Assembly (NCBI GenBank): GCA_030141605.1
Contig: JAQGDQ010000496.1
Coordinates: 62,001-126,000, forward strand
Length of the DNA stretch: 64,000 nucleotides
Direction of reading: 5' to 3'
Source: Tubiluchus corallicola
Taxonomy: Eukaryota; Animalia; Priapulida
Of the stretch, positions 1 to 13,270 are shown piece after piece. The notes under the pieces are model-generated. The model had not been told where the DNA came from, ran no database searches, and saw only the letters and a program-made list of their open reading frames with translations. The position numbers and the translations under genes are program-made. Position 1 is the first letter of the stretch, and every line of letters begins with the position of its first letter.

Positions 1-465
1 TTGTCACCCATTGCACTAAGTTTACCTTTTTGGGGTTTAGTTGAATAGATTTTTCGCTGTTAGTTCATGCCTAGGCTACCTGCCTATAAACTATTATAAA
101 ATGCTGTTGGACTGTTAATAGTACTTTTTTGCGCCAAAGTCAAAGTACCAAATTTGATAGAAATGATCGCAGCTCATTTGAACTTCCACTGATCAAATAC
201 ACGAAAGAGCCAACTTCTAGGAATCAACATGTTGTTTACCTGCGCTAACAAACATGTTGATTCCACTGATCCATTAATAAACAGTAACTGCTCACTTTAG
301 TATTGCAGATCAAAGATGAAAGTGACAAGACTAGCTATTAAAATCTGACGACGACGATGATAAAAATTATTATGGGCAAGAAGAATTCAGTACTTTCAAT
401 GAATCATCTCAAATTTTAAACCTTTCAAAACATTTCCTAATAACATTTACTAGGAACAGGAATAC

Positions 466-3400
466 CTCGTCTTGAACTTCTATACTCTTCTGCTGAGCAA
501 GCTCTTCTTTTAGCATAGCTTCTTGAAGTTCCATAGCTACTTTCTCATCTTGCTGTTCTCTAACAAAAACAAACAAAAATTTTGTTGTGACGATCTAATA
601 AGTGCAAAAGTGATTGTCTGGACAGGAAAATTTCCCTCTCTTAGCAAAAAAGGAGAGAATTCATATTTTAAACATGTAGAGAGTTCCCGCTTTGAATTGG
701 AACACCACTTTTTAGGGAAAGTTCTCATTTGTCCAGCTGTGGCACAGCAGCCAATACCTACATCAAATGATAACTCTTGAACTTAACTTCATATTGCATT
801 TATTCTAAACAGAATCCACTAACTCGGTGTTTTTCACCTTTGTGTCTGGAACCTCAACAACGTAGCGGCCATCCACATATAACGATATCAACTTTAGGGT
901 AGGCAGGTGGTAGGAGACATGATAACACCATTGTAATGCAAGGTAGGTAGGTGATTTAGTCGTGAAATCCCTTAATCTCCTTATATTGATATCGGTATCA
1001 CACTGATGTAACTTTTTGTACATTTTATTCTTCCTCAAGGACAGGCAACAATATCACTTGTGTAGGTAGGTATCTGACTTCACGCTTTTTTCACACGTGT
1101 GCACCAGCAGCAGACAAAGCTAAAAGGGTGTAGCCCAATTTGGGACTGCCACCGCTTCCAGCAGCGATGCCAGTAGAATCCACTGATGGCTTCCCGTTAA
1201 TTAACAGGTGATATTGTTGCCTGCCCTCGGGAGGAGGAAAAATAAAATGTAAAAAAGTTACATCGGTGAGATATCAATATCAATATAAGGCCATTTAGGG
1301 TAGGTAGGTGATGGGGCATATGATAACGCAAGGTGGGTCCTCAAAATCGGCCAAAAATTTGATATCGTTATATGTGGATGGCCCCTTATTGGAAAATCAG
1401 TGTACTTCCAAGTATCAGCTTCATATGATGCACTGGCTGAATGAGTGAAAAGGAAAAGATGTTCTCACTAACTGTTACACATTTTAAAACAATGTTATTT
1501 TCCCATAATTTTCACACGGAAATTTTAGGCAAATTCCAGAATTTTCACTAATTTTGCCAATAGTATATAAACATTTTTCAAAAAAATAAGCAAATGGTTT
1601 TTAATAGAAGAGTTTTGTTCAAGAAAACTGGATTATTTAGTTACTTCTGCTCTATTTAGGCTGCATGTGGATGTACAAAAAATTATAAATTTCAATTATT
1701 GGATAAGTCAGTTCTTTGCTCATCTTAGACAAAATCATTCAAGCCACTTGTGAGTTATGCAATGTTTATTGCACTGTACAGCTTTAACAGAAAAAGTTTG
1801 TCCAGTTTATGTTCATTATTCGTTTAACGTCGATTGTGATGTTTCTAGGTGTTGCTATAGCACATGGTGAGAAAAGCTTGCCAAAGTCACTTATACATCT
1901 CACAGATGTGGGTGTATTGACAGAATGGACTTGCTCAGCTTTCTGTCTGATTCTATGAGTCCCAAAGCAAAAAGGTGGAGAAACATTTACTATCACCAAT
2001 ACTACGGTAGATCTGTAGGGTCATCAAGCATTACCACTTACAATTCCATTAATTTCAATTGCTCCTCTATGAGTTTCTGTGTTGCAATCTCTTCTTCAGT
2101 CATCTGCTCAGTTTTTGCAACCTTCAAGTCAGTACTGATAGTTCTTCGTGTTTCCTTGTTTAGCCCAAAATGCTCTGCAACTACCATTAAAAAAGATCTT
2201 TAGCTGCTAGATATGTTTGCACAGATCAACAAAGGTGAAAGCTCAAAAGAGACCCACAGTAATATGCTGCCAGGATGTTTTGCTTCACACAGTGTTCCTC
2301 AAGCACAGGGGTCAAAAACTTCCAAAAATGGATGCCAATACACCTTGTAGAAAAAACATTCTAGTAGCGACTGATGGGGAAAGGAAATTTATATCTCTTT
2401 ACAAAAAAAGAAAAACTGGGATACATGATTTATCCTTGTTTCTTTTTCAAATGCCTCCACCAGGATGAACGTCTATGGGTTAATTTAGGGATATGTTGAC
2501 CCTGTATTAAAGCTACAACAGTGTTAAGTCACCGAAAGTAAACAATTTACTAAAACTTATTTACAAGAAAAACAAAAAAATCACGGCTAATAAGCTTAAG
2601 CAGGAAGAATGTAAAGAGTTCAATAAACTTAAGTATTAAAAATTAATATTTTTCTTAGCTGGAGTTAATAGTTTAAATAGAATTGACTTGTTGCAAGCCA
2701 GTACCTGAAAAATTTACAAGCAACGATTTACGCAAAGTTTCGAGCATTTTGACCCAGCAGCTGCACTGAATCAGCAAATAGGTGGATTGCTAATAATAAT
2801 TCAGGATAACATCAATCAGAAATTCACAGGTAATATGTGATAGACAGTTCCCATTAATATTAATATTACATAATAAAAGGCATACATACATTCTTGGTCT
2901 TGTAGTCTGTAGGCAAAGGCTGCATCTTCGTGAACAAGGAATTGCCGACAAACTAAAAATCATGTATAAAAACCTATTAAGATTGTTTAACAAGAACACT
3001 TGCACTTGGAACGTGTTTTAAGATATTGTCATTAGGAAGGCTTTAAATAATTAATGTTTACAATGTGTTTAATCTCTGGTTGGAACATAACATCCAATCA
3101 TTCTAAACACTGTAACATAGAAGCACACATATAAGCAACTACACTAAATTACATTTAATTAAGTCCATATTTTTTCAGAAATAAAAATTTATTTCACCAT
3201 TGTCACAAAAACGCAATAATGCAACCACAATATACTACATTACGTATGTGCATTTACAAAATACAGTACAACTAACATATGGAAAAATTATGTATACGTA
3301 CATGTATAACTAGTGCGATATGAATGAGTTAATAATGAAATTATAAGACTTCAATTTATCACATGGCAGAATTTTGAACATGAGCTATAGACTTAGTAAT

Positions 3401-6400
3401 ATTTATTTAGGACCGTTAGCTCAGCAAGCACTCAAAATCTGCATGTAAATGAGACTAGTTTGTTCAGTAACTGCAGTCTTGAAATAAGACACTCAGAGAC
3501 AGTAGGATCTAAAGAATATAGATTTTTCTGTAAAAAATTATTGCAAAAGGTCATTATCGTAACTAGGTCATCAGCAATAACGTAGACAACTGTGTGTGAA
3601 AGTTATTTGTAATTTACGGATTTGTCAGACAAAACCAGTTTTATATTATACACTTCCTGCTTCATGTTGTACACAGATATGGTCATGCTATAATCAACTC
3701 ACTCATTGATTCAGTCAATAAACTGGCCACCAAGGCAAACAATATTCGGTTGTTAGCCATTTCCCAAAGTATAGCAAATATATCTTCAAAACTAGAAAGA
3801 TCATCAGTCATCACAGTTTATGCTTACATGTTAATGACAGCCTACTGCTTTCATGATGCAAATCAGATCATTTAAGATGATTAAAACCGAAAAACTTTAT
3901 ATAAAGCAGCATATTCCTTATTGAAATATTATGCACCTGCTTTGTTTCGCTCTTGTGTGAAAAAAACTAATGTAAAGGAAAATTTTGTGTAGGCAAACAA
4001 AGCAGAAAGCAGACATTTTTCTAAAAACAGTTGGACCTATGTAAACTAGATTTAGTCACGCCAAAACAAACTATCTTGCTGAAGCATAAATAAAAAACAA
4101 GAAACTAATTTGTCAGGTTTTTTTTAAGATGTTTTGAAAATACATACATATATAATTTTAATATCAACTTCAATAAACTGCCCAGCATTCAAGTTTTTCC
4201 GGCATGATTATTTTTAATTACTTATGTCTGCTGGCAACAATAATGCAAGTATTTCTTTCACAAAGACATTAATTAAAACCTTTACGTAAAATAGCTTGAT
4301 CAATTGGCTGAACGTGTCACGCCTAGACCTTAATACCTATCTCATCGCAGCCTATTTAGAAGGCATCACACTTATGAACACGTGACATTGTTTGAATGAT
4401 ACGCAAATGGGCACAAAGAGAAAAATAATTAAGAAGTACATTTACAATTTTTCAGTTCAAAATGACTTTTCTTCAGCAGCATAGTTTTGGCTCACCCTAG
4501 TACAAAGTCCACACCAGTATCGAACCCCATAAGCTAAGAGGAATACAGACAAGCATATAGTTCCGAGAATGACTAAGAAATCTAGCGATGTGCCCTGGCA
4601 ATGTGCCAACACTTAGGTGCCAATTGGAAATTTTTTCAAGTTAGATCATTTTTTCCAAATTGCAGATGGACAGATTTCTGAGTGTAAGCTAAAGTTGCCA
4701 CATCATTGCTGCTCTTGGAGTCTCCGTTAAGTTTGCAACATGACTAGAAAGTTTTCAGGCTGACCATTTAAAAACCTATGTATGTTGCAGCCATGAAACA
4801 GTTGCTCCATAGCAAAATCTAAAATGTTACAATTTGATGAGCTTCAGTAGCTAGAACACAATCTCTGGAAAGCAATACTTCATAGACTTGCTGCTAGAAC
4901 AAGTAGCTTCAGTAGCTAGAACACAGTCTCTGGAAAACATTACTTCATAGACTTGCTGCTAGAACAAGTAGCTATACTAGAAAGCTGCAAATAATTTTGA
5001 ATTATTGTTTATGTTTTCTTTTGACAGACAAGCAGCTGCAAAAGATCTCATGTAATTTTCCCTTGAAGTCTACAGACTAACGGCAGAAACGGAGTGCTTT
5101 AACATGAACCATTTATGGTACTCTCTCATTCTCACCCCCCCCCCTTCTCTTTGCTCTCCTTCTTGCTTCCTTCTCTGAGTTCCTCTTTAGTAGTGTATAA
5201 GAGTCCATGGTTAATGTATATATCTAAGTTAAGTGAGTAAAATTTGCATTAAATTAACTTAATGGAAATCAATTTTAATCAAAGAAAAAATGCCAAAAAT
5301 GATTTGTGAGGACTAAATGATTGCCATTTAAAGACATTGTATTTTAGACATTTTATTACAATTTATCCCCGTAAATTTGTCATTTCTACAATGTTCATAC
5401 TAGTTACACAATAGGCATTAAGAGTCACCTCGTGTGAGACATAGTGCTTTGATACATTGATATTTGTAATATTTCCTTTCTTTATTCCTATTTAAATTCC
5501 TTATTTTTTTCTTTGTTATTCTTTGAATTTATGTTGTTTTACATCCAGTGCTTTTTATAGCCCAGGAAACATTTGCAGCAGTGTAAACCGAAGCTTGACT
5601 CACTTAATATGAAGGATATCCCTCTAAGATGAGTCATTGAACTGGCAGAGGTGTCTCCGCCATGTACGGATGTACCGTATTTTCCCGTGTATAAGAGACC
5701 CCTTCAATTTTTAGGCAAAAATTCTGGAAAAAAGTTTTTTCAGACGGACATTTTTAGAGGGTAGAGTACAACTTTTTTCAACTCAGTGCGGTACTGAAAA
5801 CAAAATAAAACCAATTAATGTGTTGTAGAAAAAGAGTACTGGTATATATTAAAGTGCGTACCTGCAAACCTGTAACAGGAAAAGAGAAAACGAGGAGATA
5901 ATGTCTGTGTCACGATGCTTGTATTGCTTACAACCGCTTCATAGTCGAACGCGACACGCAAAACAGTTGTAGAGCACTTATTTAAAATCATTAGTGTCAC
6001 AATTTATGCATCTTATTGAAAAGACTTACTCCCATGTATAAGAGACCCCCTATTTTTAAAGTGAAAATTCTGAGCAAAAAAGGGTCTCTTATACACGGGA
6101 AAATACGGTATATACATCCATGCTCCGAAGTCCCTGTTTTTGTGCTTGCGACTCAAGCTATCTGTACTCGTTATAGGAGTTCTAGGACTTTTGGATCACC
6201 TGACCTAATCACAATCATGTAAAAGCTCAGTGGCATCCTCTTCATTTTTGAATAATTGAATTAACACTTGGCCATGATTGGCATTTGCAATTTTTCTTAG
6301 TTTTTTGTGACATTTACAAAACATACGGACTTTGACAATTTTTACGACACACGGCGTTTAACCATGTGCCCTGCACATCATTGAAAAGCTCATAAAAATG

Positions 6401-7621
6401 GCGATATGGCATCATACTGCCTGTAGCCGTATCGTTTTTCTTCGGTACCATTTTTCTTCATGATATAATAGTTACACTGTAAATATTAGTTAGTCTCCTT
6501 TTATTGTCTTACAAATTGTTAGCTTTGATATAGTGCTGTGTGTTGCATAATACCAATTAATAGTATGTTTAATTTATTTTGTTTACTGTTACAAAAAACT
6601 TTAGTATTTTGATGTGTAGTAGGCCAGTTAGCAAGAGTTTAAATCTTAGAGTGTTATGAATTTCTTAGAGTGTAGTAATATGATAACCTACTAGCCTGTA
6701 TTTTTTCTATAGAGTAATGTGAATGTGATAACCTACTGAACTGTATTCTTCCTTAGTTTGACTTGTCAAACATAGCAAAAATTTTTAGTCTTTATGTGAT
6801 ATACAGTAAGTCCAATTTATAAAGTTGCTGAACTGTTGCATGCACCTGTTGCCAAATAATTTATGCTGTGAATATTATAACGTGCCAGTATTACTCACTT
6901 CATTTATTATTTTGCTTGCCATTGTAAGCATTTTAAAGCATTTTTATGTGAGCCAGGTCCCATATTAATTAGTTATTTTATTATTTTGCTTATCAAAGCT
7001 GTACTACAATCAATGACTGCCATATTCCAGCTCAATTTTTGTAGTGTTTTATACGTCAATTTCAATCAATACGGATATTCAATTTCACTCAATCAGCGGA
7101 TATTTATGTTGCAGATTTTGCAGATAAACAAGAAAGTGATATCTTCCCCTCTCTGATGGCAATCCGTAGTCAATATCTTTCCCGGTACGGATCCGTACCT
7201 TTACTCGATGCCTTTTTTTACGTTATAGTATATTTAATTTAATAGCTAGCAATTCTTTAACTACTTCTGATGTTAAGCCTACTACAATGACGTTTTCCTT
7301 TGTCCCCAAAAACTCCAGGACCATAGTTTTTGGTATGAAAGAAGCTGACTATGTGCCAAGTACAAATCTCAACTTTATTTTTAACCTAATCTGCTCAAAA
7401 AAGTAGCACACATAATAATGAAGAAAAAATAATGAGCAAGCGTGACAAAGAGAATACTCGTGTTTATAAACATGCTAGACTAACTGCAGTAAGTATGTGT
7501 ATGAACAAGACTAAACTAGACAGACGAATGCTTAAGCCTTAATCCAATGTACAACAACTAACTCACCCTCTTGAACTGTAGGGCTAGGGATGTCGTCAGA
7601 TCCACTCGCTACACCTGCCAT
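466..7621 (-). CDS. CCDC50: CCDC50 (Ymer)-like coiled-coil protein, 5' part (4 exons; continues beyond window start)
   Basis: Exons 7567-7621 (ATG, MAGVASGSDDIPSPTVQE), 2890-2952 (VCRQFLVHEDAAFAYRLQDQE), 2042-2180 (FAEHFGLNKETRRTISTDLKVAKTEQ...), 466-559 (LEQQDEKVAMELQEAMLKEELAQQKSIEVQDE). All GT-AG with consistent phases (1,1,2,0). Matches recalled CCDC50 N-terminus ([28 protein letters not shown]...DLQVAK...LEQQDCEIA). Confidence 0.85.
865..1385. mobile_element. PIF/Harbinger-type MITE with extensive fold-back structure
   Basis: Terminal inverted repeat GGCCATCCACATATAACGATATCAA at 867-891 and 1359-1383, flanked by GTA/TTA. Inner inverted arms ~983-1060 vs ~1203-1287. Confidence 0.75.
4840..4973. 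repeat. Tandem duplication, ~65-bp unit x2
   Basis: AGCTTCAGTAGCTAGAACACA...CATAGACTTGCTGCTAGAACAAGT starts at 4840 and again at 4905 with few mismatches. Confidence 0.9.
5675..6108. mobile_element. Tc1/mariner-superfamily MITE
   Basis: Perfect TIR CCGTATTTTCCCGTGTATAAGAGACCC at both ends with TA target duplication (5673-74, 6109-10). Internal direct copy of the left end at ~6030-6080. Confidence 0.85.
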
Positions 7622-9324
7622 AGTATTAACGCTTGGGTATTAAATAATTATCGATTTACGTTGCGACACCGTTCCAGCAATTTGCGTAAAACGTTAAATT
7701 AAAACACATCAATCATTAATCGTCATTTCAACATACAGAAAAGTACAGCAGGTAAATCAGAACTGTCTGAGATCCGGTAGGACGACTGAAAAAAGCATAC
7801 ACCATTCGGCTAAAAAAGCAAACTCAAAATATTTAGCCTTTTTAACGAAAAACTATAGAGCACATGTGAATAATACATAGATAAGTTTGTCACGAGCAGC
7901 TTCAATAAAGCGAATATCTATCTTATCGGAGCTTCTTCGGCTCAGTTCAAAAATTCATACTTTTTCTCTGAAAATTATTCTACTATGAAATTTACTCAAA
8001 TGCCCTGTCGAGCCGCATATATTTCTTTGCAGTCAGTAAACGACAGCTACCTTTCTGCCATCTATTGAGAGGATTGTAAAGTAATAATAAATTCCCACGT
8101 AGTACGGGCACAACAAACGTCTGCGGACAAACAGGCGCTCATGCTGATTTATCAATGCTTCAGTTGCTTCTTAAGCTTATAAGTTTATGAGAACGAATGA
8201 AACATTCTTTTTGCGCTTTAAGAGCACAGGCAAATAATATAATTATGTAGTTTACCATCAATTTTCATCCTTTTATAAAAAATACTCAAGAAATACTTAA
8301 TTGCTTTAGCTGCAAAAATAAACTATTGTATTCTCCTAATTTCATGTTTCTCTGAACAGTGTCAGAGCAAAAGGAGGCCACGGGATTGCGTTTATTCACA
8401 TCTGTCTGTTTGTTTGTCTGTCTTCTAGTCTGTATGTCCAGATAAACAGATGAAGCTATATAAAATTATAATATTATTTAACTATATAATATTATTAAAG
8501 TTGGCGCCCTATAGCTCTGGGAAGAACAGAGCTATTGCTAATTTCTCCTACTTATATTCAGATTTAAAATCGCGTGTCTTCTGTAGCTTCTGTCACAGGA
8601 CTACAGAAGTCAAACTCGAAACTCGATTGTAAAATTTCGAAATTAAGTATGGCTTGGAATATTGCAGTAAGAAAACTTACCATTTAGATCAAACAGGTAT
8701 TGTCTTCCTTTTATATGTGTCATTGCTCGGGGGGGGGGGATTTGTTCCTCCACTTAAACAATTACAGAAACAATTTGTTAAATTTTACCATAGCAGCTTG
8801 AATAGTGAAAATCATATAGCCAATTTCTTTGCACATAATTCTCGATTTCACGCATCTTCAATAATACGCAATAATTTGTTATGCATTTGTAACGAGTACA
8901 AACCTTTTTATACAAATGAAAATTTTCTTTCTAAAGTTTTTGCTGTATATCAAATGTAAGCAATTATGATAGCGAAGAACAAATACAGATGTTAACTTCA
9001 TTTAAGAAATTATTATTATTGCTCACTAATCTTGTTAATTAACGTCTTTTTACTTGTTGATTTGTTTGTACATTTGATGTAACCATACCTAACATGATAA
9101 AATTATGAATATATGATATAAATGATATATATATATGTTCATTTTCATTCACACTTGTGTGTGTGCGTGCGTGCGTGCGTGCGTGTGTGTGGAACCCAAT
9201 GTTATTGACTAATGTTGATAAAACTGAAGCAGTTTGAAGGTATTTTACCAGACATTTGTGCTATAGATGTAACACTACTTGTGTCACATCTATGTGTCAC
9301 AATGTCTACTTGTGTGTTACGACA

Positions 9325-9740
9325 TTGAACTTTTTAAAACTTAGATCATTAGAGGAAAGAAGGTTACATAAAGATTTAGTACTGTGTTGTCGAATCTTAC
9401 ATAAAGACACAGTTATAGACAGAGACAAATTTTCTGCATTAGCTACATCTAGTCAGACAAGAAGTAACAACTCACTTAATTTGTATGTCAAGCGATCTGC
9501 GAAAAAATATTTGGTGATTTTTTTCGAATAGGGTTGTCCCGATTTGGAATAGTTTACCAGAAATTGTGAATTATGCACCATGGTAAAAGCTCGAAATGCA
9601 AACCTCTTTAAACCTCGAATAAATTATATCGATCTAATTGCTGTTAATGTGTTTTGCATGTTTTTATTATGATGTATATGTGTATATTTTAGTGTATATT
9701 GTTTGCTTTTAATTGGGATGTAATAAACTTAAACTTAAAC
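9325..9740 (+). mobile_element. CR1/L2-type LINE 3' fragment (degenerate)
   Basis: Translation LKLRSLEERRLHKDLVLCCRILH...TRSNN...RVVPIWNSLP is typical of the CR1/L2 ORF2 C-terminus. It ends in an AATAAACTTAAACTTAAAC tail. Confidence 0.7.
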
Positions 9741-10181
9741 ATATATTATATAGAAAGTCATTACTTTTTTCTAAAGTTCAAGGTCGCTAGATCAAATGTC
9801 GAAATACATAAATGTCGTGACTTCGCGCATAAATGCAGATTTGTACCTTTGTTGAGTGCCCTCCCCCTGGTTCTCTTCTGTGCTCTTTTCGATAACAAAT
9901 GATCTAAAAAAAACTTCCCTTCACTGTGGCGAATCTGCACTAAAGAAATTCGCAATCCTAACTCCAAAGTATTTGTTTTTTTATTGCATGTATTATTTAC
10001 ACTCCCCAGCCTTACAAATACATTAAATTTTAATGTACAATTATCATTTACACTTTTTTACAGTCCCGTTACAATAAGATTAAATTAAAATGTACACTAT
10101 AAAACAAGTGAAATACCTTAAGTACGGGCCTAAACAATACGTAGCTAGTTGTAGTGGCCATTTCTATTATATCCTCCAATA

Positions 10182-11025
10182 GACGGCAAAGGAAAAAACG
10201 GTACAGGAAAAAGTGACACAGGAAAATATGGCACACGAAAAATGGCACCAATGGAAAAGTAGGAAAAAATGGAACGTATATTATTTTGATGCGATTGATT
10301 TCTATAACGAAACTAGCATGCGCTCAGTAGGAAGCAGATCTTTGCCAAAGCTGAACAATCCTAAATTTATTCTCCTGGTTCTTTTGATTAAAAAATCTAC
10401 CATAAAGATAAGCAGATAAACGCAGAAAATGTACCTGCATTAGCCATGGACTAGCAAAAGACTCACAAAATATTTGTTTATTAAACTAATATGTAATCAA
10501 TAATGCACGAATGCTCCACATAGTGTTTTTCTACCTTTTTAACCATTAATTTTGGTGATGGTAATAGACAGACAAATGTTTACGTACCAAGTCACCTTAT
10601 AAGGTTATTCACATTAATATCCAAAGGTTATGGACAGCGTTACCCAGTTATTCAAGCGAGATATTCTCGAAATGGAACTCGAACTAACACGGAGAGATAA
10701 CCAAAAAGAAGTACTAAACATTCCACCTGAGACCTCCACGAAGTGCTTCACGATCGTTTTTTGTACGTGGTGTTCGGTCTAGTTTTGCCAAAAAAGAACC
10801 GCCGGGCGAAAAGATTCCCATTTTGGCACCCTTTATCCGCCTTTCTTCACAACGTTTCTTGGAAACCTGTTAGGTAGCTTTTCCATAATAGGCTTACTGC
10901 CATAACAGACAAAAAACAACCAAACCATATAAACAAACAAAGTGTGTTGAAGCATAACTTCTTTAGCAGAGGTAAGTATAACTAAAATAATTATCCCCCA
11001 CTGTAACCCTAATCGTACACACATG
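10182..11025. mobile_element. Composite repeat: 15-bp minisatellite + Helentron-associated (HINE-like) element; copy 1
   Basis: GGAAAAA(T)GGCACA-type repeats at 10182-10272, then a body that aligns by eye to the reverse complement of 44665-45600 (e.g. GCTCAGTAGGAAGCAGATCT(T/G)TGCCAAAG). Confidence 0.7.
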
Positions 11026-13270
11026 TGTTTTGTAGAGCGAAATGGCTTAAGATTAATCTAGAAACATGGGGAAAATTTAAAAAAATAAAAAGCATTTCTA
11101 GCGCGGTGTCTAGACGTATTACAGCCTGGCATTGTTGTCCATATATCAAATAAATAAACTACTGCATGTAATAGGTCACTTGCTTTACCCAAAACTCAGA
11201 TCAATATTTTTGACACAAAATAGCCACCAAACAAAACTTGAAAGTATGTTCTTCTGAGTATACATTAGGCCTAAATGACACTACACGCTACGACGCGACA
11301 TATTCTGTGTAACGCATAATCCTAACACACTTCTGTTGAATTATGAGTTCTTTCTTACATGATACTTCCAACACTTCCCATCCTTTGCTGGATTTGTCGT
11401 GAAATCTCCTTGTCCAAACATCGATACATCTGCTTAGTGTGTCATTTTCGCTTGAGATAGCTTTGAAATGATACTGCACAACTCTTATTGGATCGCCTCC
11501 TAGCTTGTGTTGATACAAGAGCTGACATCATTTTCAAAGACACCTCCCTAAGATTAGCCACAAAACCGGCATAGCTGCTCTAGCCAGGTGGGAACGTTCC
11601 CGCTACGAGGTTAATAATCAGATTCGGTACGGTGAATGAAACCTCCTGCGAGTATCGAACCTAGGCACCCAGGAGCCCTTCACGCGGGTCATATGCGTAT
11701 GAACCTAGGAACCCGCCTAGAAGACAGTTTACTTCTTTTGTAAGCAGTTTGGGGTTTTGAAAATCCAGCACGTTAGTACAATAACTTAATATAGTCAAGT
11801 CTGCACACATTATTTAATATAGTTCAGTATTGGTATAATTCCACACCTACACCATCTAGTTTTTTATCTGTATTTAACATACAACACCTAAATAATAAAC
11901 TGCGACAGCAACAAAACTGTGTATCGTGGAGGGTCAGCATTTCATATTTAATTGTTCGACAAATTTACTGTCTATTTTTATGCTTAGTTACCTGTCCATG
12001 ATATTTTGATGTCTGACAATTGATAAGAAAGGCCTCTACTCCACAGCTATCGAAGTCACGTTGGATGTCGCATAATGTGCCTACTAGAGCTTTACTGTCA
12101 CGCTGCAAATGCTTGCCTGTTATAATGATAATGCGCTAGATAAGTAAAATTCATATTTATAAAAAATGCTCTTAGTCTACTACCTGACTTCTCCCCAAGA
12201 GATAGCTACTCTCGTTTTCTAAACAAAAGGGTGCAGCCCTACCGCTCAGTAAGCCATGCATGTGATTTATCATGAATATGTGGCAACCACGGATAGACGG
12301 TATGTGTTTTAAGGCTGACAGCAAATCTGCGATTTTACAATTGCTGTTCAAATCCCGGCTCTATTGTTTCACCAGGAGACGGATCCTCGAACATATTTAG
12401 GTAATTCCTTACAAAATAATAATGAAATTGTCTCAATTTGTCTGAATTTTGGTTCCAATGTTTAATTCATTCTTATTAATTCATATTTATTCATAATTCA
12501 TTCTTATTATTAATTCATTAATATTAATTTGAAGAAAATTTGAATTATACTAGCGAAACTTTCTTAATCAGCATAATTCAAACTTTCTTTCAGTTAATAT
12601 TAATGAATTATTCAAAATTAAGCATTGAAACCAAAATTCACACGTTATTACATGATAACTTACTTTTAAATATTGACCGAAATAAAACTATTTTTTATAT
12701 AACACAGGAATTTTTAAAAGCTACAAGTGGTCTAATGAGTATATTCTAAAACTGTGTGAACGAACAATATACATGCATTAGTCCGCATCACATATTCTAG
12801 CCAATTATATCGGTATCCCCACGTACGCTACGGTTTGCCGTATACACATACATATTCTGTACTAATGATATACGATCGAGTTTGTTATGTTTATGTTTGT
12901 TATGTTAAGCCCTTTCAAAGTTGCGCAACAACAGCACAAGGCAATTATGGTTAAAAATAGGCCGATAAATTGTTGAGCTATTGCGAAAAGGACGGTGAGA
13001 TTCACTGTATGTAGGCCCTGGTTTTGAATAGATCCTGTCGTGGTCACTTTGAGCACAGGAATTTGTTCTGAGCAATTCGAGATTTGGCGTAAACAAAATA
13101 AAGGTAGGGAAAATTGACATGGCAAACAATTGTTGTAAGCGAAGGCGTTTGTTTTCTGATGTTGATACACATAAAGTCAGTCTTACCTTTTCAAACGACT
13201 AGTTTAGTCAGAACAAAACTATTGTTGTGAGAGACAAGTACATACTGATAAAGTCCGATTCCTATGCGAA

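Noticed and set aside
8052-8070. CTCF-like motif CTGCCATCTATTG near the CCDC50 promoter (another at ~16436-16452)
   Set aside because: Single short motif matches cannot be distinguished from chance without binding data.
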